Source: Candidatus Latescibacterota bacterium
Lineage (GTDB): Bacteria; Latescibacterota; UBA2968
DNA: 64,000 nucleotides
Reading direction: 5' to 3'
NCBI GenBank assembly: GCA_965204375.1
Contig: OZ241986.1
Location: 1,056,001-1,120,000 of the forward strand
The position numbers and the translations under genes are program-made. The notes under the pieces were generated by a model. The model worked only from the letters and a program-made list of their open reading frames with translations, was not told the origin of the DNA and ran no database searches. Positions within the stretch are counted from its first letter, which is position 1. Each line of letters starts with the position of its first letter. Shown here piece by piece: positions 29,530 through 38,452 of this stretch.

Positions 29530-30163
29530 ATGCAATACCGTCTTATGATAATCTTGATTTTGTCCTTTTGGCCCTCCAGAAATGATTGTCAGGAAATCTA
29601 TACTGGATTTGGGTTTGGGTTTGGTCCTTCATTTCCAGTGATAAACCAAAGATCCTTGCGGTCCTTTAGATATATTAGACAACTGTCATACCTCTTTAAA
29701 TCTCGTCAAAAATCAGAAGGGACCTGTGGTAAACAGTGAGTTTTTTGTTGGATACGAACCATTTGAGTTGACTTTGCACAGCTCTTTTTTTCGCTTGTCT
29801 CAAAGAGAGGTACAGAATACTCAAGAATATCGCATTTTTGATTCTGGCGGTTGGTTAAATTCATATCTCATTGAATTAAGGTACAAAGTTTTAGCAAGGC
29901 TGTTCAGACCATATCTAAACATCGGTATAGGGGCCTTTCATTTTCGTCCTGAAGATGATCAGGATGCGTTCCCAAAGCTGCATTTTGGTGGGGTATTTGG
30001 GTTGGGCAGTGAATTTGCCTATAAAAAAACAGAAGTCTATTTTTTTAGTGAAATTCGTTTTCAATATTTACGTTTTAGAGGGATACGAGAAGATGTTTCC
30101 GAAAAGATAACAGGCACATTGGACTTTATTGCGGGATGTAGATTTTGGATAGCCTCTCAGTAA
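29530..30163 (+). pseudogene. Frameshifted outer-membrane beta-barrel protein (OmpA/OmpW-like)
   Basis: Signal peptide + GFGFGFGPSFPV in one frame; second frame open from 29645 with amphipathic strands (PYLNIGIG, GGVFGLGSEF, FIAGCRF). Confidence 0.6.
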
Positions 30164-30170
30164 CTTACAA

Positions 30171-30222
30171 TCCCTTCGTGTATCTTCGTGTACCTTAGTG
30201 GATTTTACATCTCACTTCACTT
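30171..30222 (-). repeat. Dispersed ~50 bp intergenic repeat, copy 1
   Basis: Reverse complement AAGTGAAGTGAGATGTAAAATCCACTAAGGTACACGAAGATACACGAAGGGA closely matches 61507-61558. Confidence 0.8.
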
Positions 30223-30231
30223 CGTACCTTT

Positions 30232-31122
30232 TCAAAAAATATCCAACGCCGCTGCTTCGATTTCTTTCCGCAATGCTTTCTCTTCTTCTTTGTCGAGCGG
30301 ACGTGTAGGCTTGACGGGGTCGCCACACTCGATTCCCTGCCAGCGCAATACGGCGCGTACGCTGCCGTGTCCACTGTATTTTTGACAAATCCGAATCAGT
30401 TCATTCACGTCTGCTTGCAATGTGCGTGCCGTGTCCAAATCGCGCTTGTTCACCGCTTCGTAAATGCCCACAAAATGCGCTGTCATCACGTTGTAAAATG
30501 TGCCGATTCCCCCCTGGGCCCCTACCGCAATGCCCGATAGGGCCACTTCGTCATGTCCGTTAAAAATATGCGGTTTATGCGGTCCATTGAGTATGCGTTC
30601 CATTAAGAACAGGTTGAAATTTGTGAATTTAATGCCCACCACGCCATCGAGTGCGAGCATCTGGTTGATTTGTTCAAACGAATACTCCTGATGCGTGACC
30701 ACGGGGATGTAATACACAAAGACCGGCAAGTTTGTCGCTGAACTCAGCGCGCTGTAATACGCCAATATGTCGTCAAAACGATATCCCTGGACATAAGGCG
30801 GCAAACTCGAAATGCCATCGGCTCCTGCATCTGCGGCGTGTTTGGCGAGTTCAACCGCATCGCGCTCAGATGGGGCACCTACATGTACTACTACTCGTCC
30901 ACGTCCTTTTGATGCTTTGACGGCAATCTCTGTGGCCAATTTGCGTTCGGCCATTGTCATCAAATAGCCTTCGCCCGTATTGCCTGCCACATACACGCCA
31001 TGTGATCCCTGTTCGTAAATACGCGCTATGAGTTTTTCAAAGGCCGAGGTGCTGAATGCACCTGTCCCGTCCCTGGGGCTGACCAGTGCGGGATACATGC
31101 CATTAAAACCGTCGAGCATCAC
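30232..31122 (-). CDS. DapA/NanA family class I aldolase (N-acetylneuraminate lyase-like)
   Basis: GNTGE, HVGA, PPY, YYIP, Schiff-base Lys in GIKFT, GGIGTFYN. Confidence 0.85.
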   Translation of the reverse strand: MMLDGFNGMYPALVSPRDGTGAFSTSAFEKLIARIYEQGSHGVYVAGNTGEGYLMTMAERKLATEIAVKASKGRGRVVVHVGAPSERDAVELAKHAADAGADGISSLPPYVQGYRFDDILAYYSALSSATNLPVFVYYIPVVTHQEYSFEQINQMLALDGVVGIKFTNFNLFLMERILNGPHKPHIFNGHDEVALSGIAVGAQGGIGTFYNVMTAHFVGIYEAVNKRDLDTARTLQADVNELIRICQKYSGHGSVRAVLRWQGIECGDPVKPTRPLDKEEEKALRKEIEAAALDIF

Positions 31123-32126
31123 AGGGCGCCTCCTGTCTTTTCGTAAAGGGCGCGAGATAGTGATTCGATTTGTGTGCGTTCAACCAGTGTCTCTACGAGA
31201 TGTTGCGGCAAACCCGATGTTCCGTGATACAAACCGCTCAGGGTACCGGCAATGGCTGCAAATGTATCTACATCTCCACCCGTGAGCAGGGCGCGTTCAA
31301 CTGTGGGGATAAATTCTCCTTCTGAGCGCAAAAATGCCTCCAAAGCCACGACAATTGTGGCCTGGGCTTCGCTTGGAATGGCATTTTCTCGTACTGCTTC
31401 GGGCATTTTTACCATGGCTGACCACGCATCTTCCTCGTTCATTGTCAGCAATGTCCCCACCTGTGCGATCAACTCGCCTGTGGATTCGCAAATCGGTCTG
31501 GCCGACCACTCGGCTACGTCCAGCACCTCATTTCCGTCTAGCGGGCGATGTGTTACCAGATGCCCTACCACATGGGCCATTGCGACTGCAGGCGCAACTG
31601 CGCGTGGGTCCTGGTGCGTTACATGGCTCGCTGCAATTGCATCGTCCAGGATATTTTCACCGGTTGCCCAGTGCCACAAGCCCACTGGCGCGATTTTCAT
31701 GACCGCCCCATTGGAGGGGTGGTCTTTCGATGCGGCTTCGGACCACGCCAGACCCTGATCGAGGCGTTCCAGGGTTTCCCGAAAGGCCCTGCCATACATT
31801 TGCAGAAGTCCCTCGCGCCACATCGCCAAAAACCGATTGCTCAGGTCTTCGGGATCGACCTTTTCACACGCTATAATTGACTCAACCAGGACGAGGGTTT
31901 GCTGGGTATCGTCTGTATATTCTCCAGCCGGCCTAGTCAACACGCCTTCCCGATTGACTCGCCCTCGATAGTGGTCTGTCAATCCCTCTACCGCTTTGAT
32001 CCGATCCCGGTCCCATCCCTCGCAAAAACAGCCCAGGGAATCGCCTATTGCGCCGCCCAGTAGCGCGCCTACAAACATATCTTCGACTTCGATATCTTCT
32101 ATATCGTCTTCCCAATAATCAGCCAT
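31119..32126 (-). CDS. ADP-ribosylglycohydrolase family protein
   Basis: GAIGDSLG, YTDDT, NGAVM, TH, GGDVDT..AIAG. Confidence 0.92.
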   Translation of the reverse strand: MADYWEDDIEDIEVEDMFVGALLGGAIGDSLGCFCEGWDRDRIKAVEGLTDHYRGRVNREGVLTRPAGEYTDDTQQTLVLVESIIACEKVDPEDLSNRFLAMWREGLLQMYGRAFRETLERLDQGLAWSEAASKDHPSNGAVMKIAPVGLWHWATGENILDDAIAASHVTHQDPRAVAPAVAMAHVVGHLVTHRPLDGNEVLDVAEWSARPICESTGELIAQVGTLLTMNEEDAWSAMVKMPEAVRENAIPSEAQATIVVALEAFLRSEGEFIPTVERALLTGGDVDTFAAIAGTLSGLYHGTSGLPQHLVETLVERTQIESLSRALYEKTGGAL

Positions 32127-32174
32127 AATTCATCCTCAAGTTTAATCGGTGAAAAAATATCGGAGCAAGAGCCT

Positions 32175-33173
32175 CTATCGCGTATCTACGATATTGCGAA
32201 ATGCCCGAATGTGATCGGGCGTTGTTCCGCAACATCCGCCTATCAAGAATCCACCGGCGTCCAATAAGTCTTCGACGTGTTGTGCCATGTCTTCTGGTCC
32301 TTGCGAATACGACGCCTGTTTGGTGACTTTGTCCAGGGTGGGTAAGCCCGCATTGGGATAGGCCATCAAACGCTTGTTTTCAATGCCGCGATCCACAAGC
32401 GCTTTTTGCATCTGCACTGTGCCCTCAATTGCATAGGGCATGCCCGTGTGATCTGTATTGCGCGTTTCTGCGCCGCAGTTCAGGCCCAGGAGTTGTACGT
32501 CATTGAGCAGATTATCGCCATTGGAAAATTCGCCACTTGCCAAAATGTCCAGCACATCGCCGGGCGAAAAGCCCCAGTCGGTTCGGTAAATCAATTCGCC
32601 TGTTTTGCGATCTTTTGTGAATTTATACGTCATATTCACGGCGATGGGCAAGCCCGTCTGCCGCGCAATGTCAACGGCGATTGCCGCTTCTTTGGCGGAA
32701 AATTGCGTTTCTATAACAAAAAAATCGACGCCACCTTTGACCATGGCAGAGATCACGCGTGCGTGGGCTGATCGCACATCTGCATTGGGAATGCCAAAAA
32801 CCGTATCGCCAGCATCGGCTTCGATAGCACCGGGGGAGGGACCGATGGAGCCACCTACATAAACATCTTTCCCGCTTTCTTCAACGGCTTGCCGCGCGTG
32901 TTGGACAGCTAATTTTGTCAATTGCTCGGCATCATCTTCATCGGCGTCAGCCATCTCGAGATGCAGGGGGGATACCACAAATGTGTTCGTGCCGATGGCG
33001 TTTGCACCCGCATTGATATATGCGCGATGCACTGCCACAACCTCGTCGGGATGCGATAGATTGGCGATGGAACTGTTTGCCAGATTCACCCCGTGTGCAA
33101 ATAATTGAGACCCAAACCCGCCGTCATACACCATTGGCTGGTCATCTGCGAGGCGTTCTGCAAAAGGCTTCAT
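32175..33173 (-). CDS. Stand-alone homocysteine S-methyltransferase domain (MetH N-terminal-like)
   Basis: DGGFGS, HRAYINAGA, TNTF, GSIGP, Zn ligands GLNC and GGCCGTTPDHI, YPNAGLP. Confidence 0.9.
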   Translation of the reverse strand: MKPFAERLADDQPMVYDGGFGSQLFAHGVNLANSSIANLSHPDEVVAVHRAYINAGANAIGTNTFVVSPLHLEMADADEDDAEQLTKLAVQHARQAVEESGKDVYVGGSIGPSPGAIEADAGDTVFGIPNADVRSAHARVISAMVKGGVDFFVIETQFSAKEAAIAVDIARQTGLPIAVNMTYKFTKDRKTGELIYRTDWGFSPGDVLDILASGEFSNGDNLLNDVQLLGLNCGAETRNTDHTGMPYAIEGTVQMQKALVDRGIENKRLMAYPNAGLPTLDKVTKQASYSQGPEDMAQHVEDLLDAGGFLIGGCCGTTPDHIRAFRNIVDTR

Positions 33174-35098
33174 ACCGTCATCCTTTTAAACTGACACCCT
33201 TCGACAAATACGTCAAAGAAGTCTGGCTTTGTCTCCAGTTCCACATGTTCGATTCGCTGCACCAGGCGTTCTAATTCATCGCGTCGTTTCCGAGAAAGGA
33301 GGGTGGTTCTCGCGCCCAATATCGCGGCATTTCCCACTTTTTCAATGCGCTCTTGCGGCACGGGTGCGAGAAAACCGATGTCAATCGCATTTTGCACATT
33401 TACGTAATTGGCAAAACCACCGGATAGATAAAGCCGATGGATCTGGTCGGGGGCAATGCCAAATTCGCGCATGACGAGTAACTGTCCACAATAATTTGCG
33501 GCCTTGGCCTGAGCCAGATTGCTCGCATCTTCGCGCGATAGCGCAATGCCGTGTTCGGGCACCACCATCATTTCATATTGCTTGCGGTCGGCAAATACGC
33601 CCTTTTCCGTCATCATATCATGCCGCCGAAGCTCGGCCAGCAAATCGATTAGCCCAGAGCCGCACAACCCCTGGGGCGCGCCGTTGCCAATTACGCGATA
33701 ATTGAACTGACCATTTTTCCATACCATCGATTCAATCGCCCCATCTTGCCCGGGCATGCCACAGGCGATACCGCCGCCTTCAAATGCCGGTCCCGCCGGA
33801 CAAGAGGCTGCTACCAACCGGTCTCGGTTGCCCACTACGACCTCGGTATTGGTGCCCACATCGACAAGCATAAATATATCGTCTTGATTACCCATTTCTA
33901 CGGCCAGCATGTCCGCTGCGACATCGCCGCCCACATGGCTTGCAATAAGGGGCATGCCATATACCCGCGCTTTGGGATTTGCCCGAATGCCCAATCGCCG
34001 GCTACTTTCGTAAAGGGCGGTTGTTTTTCGTTCTCCAGCCAGATATTCGTGTTCTATTTGAGATTTATAGGGCTTTTGTCCAATGCTCTGCACATCGAGC
34101 CTGAAGAACATATCCCGCATGGTGGCATTGCCTGCGACGACAATTTCGTAAATTTCTTGTCGCTCAAAATCCAATTTTTCACATAGTACGAGAATTTCGT
34201 GGTTGATAGCATTTACCAGTGCCTTCCACAGCTCATTTGGATATTCGCCATCATAGGAAATGCGATACATGATGTCGCTACCGCCAAAACGCTGGGGATT
34301 TTCATAAGATGCAATCGCAATACTCTCGCCAGATTCCAGATCTACGAGATCCATCACAATTGTCGTGGTGCCCACATCAATTGCCAGTCCGTAGATGTGG
34401 CTCCGAAACCGATCGATGTCTTCTCCGTTGTAGAATACCCGGTCTCCACGGCGCGTTACCACGGGGTCGAGATCAATTTCTTTTTGCTGGCTCAAGGTCA
34501 AAATTTGAGGTTCGCGGCGCAGGGGCACAAATTCGACTTCTGCATCTAAATCTACGACTTCGGCCTGACAGGCCAATCGGTAATTGTCTTTTAAGAAGGC
34601 TTCCGCTTCGGTTTTGGGGCACAGGCTCTCTTCTCCCTTTGTAATTTCTACCACGCATTCATGGCATATCCCCGATCGAAAACACGACGTTGGAACCTGA
34701 ACGGCCAGATCGTCGGCATAATCAAATATCGTTTTTCGTCCTTCGAGTTGTTGCACTTGCCCCATGTGTGTAATTGTGCCCGTTCCCTTTTTTCGGCGAC
34801 GGTTTTTTTGTTTTTTGAGCGCGGTCTTCATCTCACGATAGGCATCTGGCTCTGTTTCCCAGGCCGTGCGATAGTCGAGGTTATCGTTGCTGGCACATTG
34901 AAAAAGCGCCCGGTTGGGCGCTGGTTTTCGCTGGAATTTACATCCAAATTTGGCCGTGCACTCGTTGTCCTTGTTTTTGTAGGGACAGCGCATCTGCGCC
35001 TGTTCGTCGGCATGCTGGACAATATCTGAAAAAATTTCAGACATGCGATCCAGTCGCTTTTGATAGGCTTCCCGATCTATTTTTTCGGGTTTACGCAT
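33170..35098 (-). CDS. ASKHA-fold ATP-dependent corrinoid reductive activator (RACo/RamA-like) with 2Fe-2S domain
   Basis: CFRSGICHEC...RLACQ ferredoxin; DVGTTT, NPQ..GSD, DVGTNTE, AGPAFEG, GLCGSG, GNAA. Confidence 0.9.
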   Translation of the reverse strand: MRKPEKIDREAYQKRLDRMSEIFSDIVQHADEQAQMRCPYKNKDNECTAKFGCKFQRKPAPNRALFQCASNDNLDYRTAWETEPDAYREMKTALKKQKNRRRKKGTGTITHMGQVQQLEGRKTIFDYADDLAVQVPTSCFRSGICHECVVEITKGEESLCPKTEAEAFLKDNYRLACQAEVVDLDAEVEFVPLRREPQILTLSQQKEIDLDPVVTRRGDRVFYNGEDIDRFRSHIYGLAIDVGTTTIVMDLVDLESGESIAIASYENPQRFGGSDIMYRISYDGEYPNELWKALVNAINHEILVLCEKLDFERQEIYEIVVAGNATMRDMFFRLDVQSIGQKPYKSQIEHEYLAGERKTTALYESSRRLGIRANPKARVYGMPLIASHVGGDVAADMLAVEMGNQDDIFMLVDVGTNTEVVVGNRDRLVAASCPAGPAFEGGGIACGMPGQDGAIESMVWKNGQFNYRVIGNGAPQGLCGSGLIDLLAELRRHDMMTEKGVFADRKQYEMMVVPEHGIALSREDASNLAQAKAANYCGQLLVMREFGIAPDQIHRLYLSGGFANYVNVQNAIDIGFLAPVPQERIEKVGNAAILGARTTLLSRKRRDELERLVQRIEHVELETKPDFFDVFVEGCQFKRMTV

Positions 35099-35852
35099 TC
35101 TCTTCCTCCCACTCCTTCAACAATTGTACAGCCAGTTCCACGCAGTCCAGGGCATTTTCACCGTATCCATCCGCACCCATGTCGTCGGCAAATTCCTGTG
35201 TCACAGGGGCGCCGCCCACCATGATTTTTACATCGTCTCGCAGATCTTCGTCGATAAATGCCTCAATTGTCTTGCCCATGTTCGGCATTGTCGTGGTCAA
35301 CAGTGCGGACATACCCAGTAAATTGGCTTCATGTTCTTCCACGGCATCCATAAATTCGTCTTCGGATGTATCCACGCCGAGGTCGTGGACGACAAACCCG
35401 GCACCGCGCAACATCATGATACACAAATTTTTGCCAATATCGTGCAAATCGCCCTTCACCGTGCCCATAATGACAGTGCCTACCGGATCGACACCCGAGG
35501 CTGACAAAATGGGTTCAATATGCGCCATTCCCGCTTTCATCGCACGGGCACATGCGAGGACTTCGGGTACAAAAATAAAATTCTCTCTAAACTTAATCCC
35601 CACAATGCCCATGCCAGCGATCAATCCATCGTCCATAATTTTCAGCGCGCCCACACCTGCATTTAGGGCTTCGCGCGTTAATTGATCGACATTGTGGTGC
35701 GCGCCATCAATCAATGAGGCGGCAATTTCCTGCATCTCGGGGCTCGCATTTGAGAACAGATCGATATTGCGTTGGATCTCATCGGGGCGTTCTAAAAATT
35801 CCTCTATTTCCTCTTTGATAAATTCATTTTGAATATCGGATAATTCAGCCAT
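35091..35852 (-). CDS. Corrinoid (B12-binding) methyltransferase protein
   Basis: Cap domain (GM..VG..F..FVPEV), GDLHDIGKN (DxHxxG), SALLTTT, VGGAP. Confidence 0.93.
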   Translation of the reverse strand: MAELSDIQNEFIKEEIEEFLERPDEIQRNIDLFSNASPEMQEIAASLIDGAHHNVDQLTREALNAGVGALKIMDDGLIAGMGIVGIKFRENFIFVPEVLACARAMKAGMAHIEPILSASGVDPVGTVIMGTVKGDLHDIGKNLCIMMLRGAGFVVHDLGVDTSEDEFMDAVEEHEANLLGMSALLTTTMPNMGKTIEAFIDEDLRDDVKIMVGGAPVTQEFADDMGADGYGENALDCVELAVQLLKEWEEENA

Positions 35853-36894
35853 GAACTCTCTTTTCCTCCGCATGCCAATCCGCGATCGCTTTGGGGATTT
35901 CTTTCAGATTTTCGATGGATGTCTGCAAAGGAATCGCGCATTCAGGCCCGATCAGATTCACACCGGCGTCCAGGTTTTTGTACACTTCTTCTTTTACAGT
36001 TTCCGGATCTTTTGAAAATAGCGTTTCCGGGTTGTTGATGTTGCCGACCAGCGCGATCCGCTCCTTCATAATATCGATTGACTCATTCGGGTCGTTTTTG
36101 GAGTCGTAGTGGAATGCCGCCATGCCCGTTTGCGCGATGTATTCCATCCGATCAACGGTGCGCCCACATATATGTAAAATCAGTGGAATGGGTATGCGGT
36201 CGGCAAATTCAATGTGTAATTCGCGCAAATACCGGTCGTAATAATCGCCGCTGACCAGATCGCCCGTTGCGTGATCGGGCAGGGTCAAGGCGTCGGCACC
36301 CGCTTCAATTTGCGCCACGCCAAATTCGACGGTTACTTCTTTTAATTTGTCCAGAATTTGTCGCGTGTGATCCGGGTCGTCTAATGATAGGAGCAAAAAA
36401 TCCTCTACGCCAAAACAGTGATACGCCAGGGACCAGGGTCCCATTGTTTTGCCGATAATCGCCACTTCGTCGCCGTATTCTTTTCGCAATATGCCAATCG
36501 CGTCCAGTACGCATTTTGTATCGGGATGGGTCAATAAGTTAGACGGGATTTCAATATCATCTACCTTGTGCCAGATCGGTTCTTTCATTTTTACTGTGGG
36601 CCAGTTGTCTTTTTGCTCCCACTGGATTTTGCATCCCAGTGCCGACGATTCTTGAATAATCGTAAATACCGGCATAATTGTGTCAAACCCCAGTTCGGTA
36701 TAGCTCGTTGCCGCCAGGCGCGCCATGAGTTCTGGCTCGCGATTTGCCTGCGGAAATGGGGCATCTACGAGGTCCATTAATTCCACGGTTGCAACCGAAG
36801 TTGGATTGCACGTTGGGGTACGATCTACAGGTGCCCGATTGAGTGCGGCCAATACACGGTCGCGCGGTTTCATGGGTTTTGTCGTCTTGTGCAT
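35845..36894 (-). CDS. MtaA/CmuA family methyltransferase (UroD fold)
   Basis: ALGC, GPWSLA, LHICG (HxC Zn ligands), GNIN, PECAI (third ligand). Confidence 0.88.
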   Translation of the reverse strand: MHKTTKPMKPRDRVLAALNRAPVDRTPTCNPTSVATVELMDLVDAPFPQANREPELMARLAATSYTELGFDTIMPVFTIIQESSALGCKIQWEQKDNWPTVKMKEPIWHKVDDIEIPSNLLTHPDTKCVLDAIGILRKEYGDEVAIIGKTMGPWSLAYHCFGVEDFLLLSLDDPDHTRQILDKLKEVTVEFGVAQIEAGADALTLPDHATGDLVSGDYYDRYLRELHIEFADRIPIPLILHICGRTVDRMEYIAQTGMAAFHYDSKNDPNESIDIMKERIALVGNINNPETLFSKDPETVKEEVYKNLDAGVNLIGPECAIPLQTSIENLKEIPKAIADWHAEEKRVHG

Positions 36895-36934
36895 ATTGGA
36901 CTCCGAAAGGTGAGGCGTGAGAGGCTGAAAGCGT

Positions 36935-37564
36935 TTAATTTTGCGCGCTCGGGGCTGCGAGCACGCCCCGGCTGGCAGCCTGTTCCAATTCTCTCAAAAC
37001 CGATCGCACATTGGGGGCGCGTACGAGAAGGACACCTATGAGGGGATCGTGTGTCATGCCGCAATCAAAGCGCACCTGGTCTTCTTCTACTTGTTCCAAT
37101 TCGCCCAGCTTTGCAAGCCCGCCGGCCACCAATCGAATGCGCCGGTCTGCGCCTTTTTCATCGCTGTCAGCCGTGACTTTGTATGCGCCATTAGATTGGG
37201 GCGTTGCGGAAATGTGCAATCCCGATTTTTTGTCCAGGATGGTCAATGGTCGCATAGATACATCGTCATTCATGCCGAGTTTGCACGCTTCCAGGAATAG
37301 TCGTTTTACAGGGAGCAGATGTGTGGCTCCACACGGAAAGCGCAGCAATCCCTCGTTTGTGTCTTCCATGCCTCCCAGGACTCGCATCGCATGGTTCACG
37401 GAATCTATACGCGCTTGCGCCCCGTCTATCTGGCTGTATGTGTGAACGCGAAAAGTCGTGCCTTGTGCGTTTTCTTGCCGATATAGCCCTATTGTGATGT
37501 CGTGAAAATGGACATCCATTGGCACCAATTCTATTCGCCGACCGATATCTAATGTCTTTCCCAT
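36935..37564 (-). CDS. Hypothetical protein in corrinoid cluster
   Basis: AAGGA RBS; internal F.CG..H repeat (FPCGATH, FDCGMTH); no family recognised. Confidence 0.75.
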   Translation of the reverse strand: MGKTLDIGRRIELVPMDVHFHDITIGLYRQENAQGTTFRVHTYSQIDGAQARIDSVNHAMRVLGGMEDTNEGLLRFPCGATHLLPVKRLFLEACKLGMNDDVSMRPLTILDKKSGLHISATPQSNGAYKVTADSDEKGADRRIRLVAGGLAKLGELEQVEEDQVRFDCGMTHDPLIGVLLVRAPNVRSVLRELEQAASRGVLAAPSAQN

Positions 37565-37578
37565 GAGAATCCTTCCTC

Positions 37579-38442
37579 TTACCTATCAAGCACATATTGG
37601 CGCACGGCTTTGGCAAATCCATCGTTTTCAATGTGGTCGGTTTGTAAAATATTTTCCCCGGCCACTGCGCGATGGGTTGCTGCATCTGCATTGTACATCA
37701 ATACACCGGTTCCGGCTGCGCGCAACATGGGGAGATCATTATTGCCATCGCCCACAGCCATCACTTCATCGAGGCTGCTGCCAATGTGGTTGGCTATCGC
37801 TGTGAGTGCCGCGCCTTTGTTCACATCCGGGTGCATGATTTCGATGCGACCCGCCACGGCCCAGGCCATGTAAATTTGATCGCCAAATAGATTTTTTAAT
37901 TCATCAACTGTCTCATCTGCATGTCCGGGTTCGGGTAGGAGCATTATTTTGGGGGGCGCGGCCAATTCTTTCGCGCGTATTCGCTGCGCGAGATCGGCAT
38001 CGACTTCATAGACCATATTGGTCATTGTGGCTACCGCGCGGCTCATTTTTGTCATGCGGTCGGTGATATAAACTTCGCAGGGATCCTCGCTATTCATGTC
38101 GCAGCGACAATATACAAAATTCATGAGCCGGTCATCGGCATATTGGATCAGCGATAAGAATATGTCATCGGGCAAACGCTGTTCGTGCATGAGTTGGCGT
38201 GTGCCATTCTTTTTGGGTGCAAAAACCATTGCGCCATTATAACATCCGGCGTAGAGCGCGTCGGCCACGCTGGGATTGCGTACAAACGGAATTTGATTGC
38301 GTTCAAAATTGCGCCCACTCATCGACGCTACAGCTACACCGCGATCCAACAATTCGCAAATCGCCGCCATCGAAGCATCCGATGGGGTGTTGTTGTGATT
38401 TAAGATCGTTCCATCCAGGTCAAATGCCACAAGTCTGATCAC
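37579..38442 (-). CDS. Cof-type HAD hydrolase (subfamily IIB)
   Basis: DLDGT, SGR, NGA, NKG, GDGNNDLPM; GTG start after AGGAG. Confidence 0.9.
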   Translation of the reverse strand: MIRLVAFDLDGTILNHNNTPSDASMAAICELLDRGVAVASMSGRNFERNQIPFVRNPSVADALYAGCYNGAMVFAPKKNGTRQLMHEQRLPDDIFLSLIQYADDRLMNFVYCRCDMNSEDPCEVYITDRMTKMSRAVATMTNMVYEVDADLAQRIRAKELAAPPKIMLLPEPGHADETVDELKNLFGDQIYMAWAVAGRIEIMHPDVNKGAALTAIANHIGSSLDEVMAVGDGNNDLPMLRAAGTGVLMYNADAATHRAVAGENILQTDHIENDGFAKAVRQYVLDR

Positions 38443-38452
38443 TGCATCTCCT

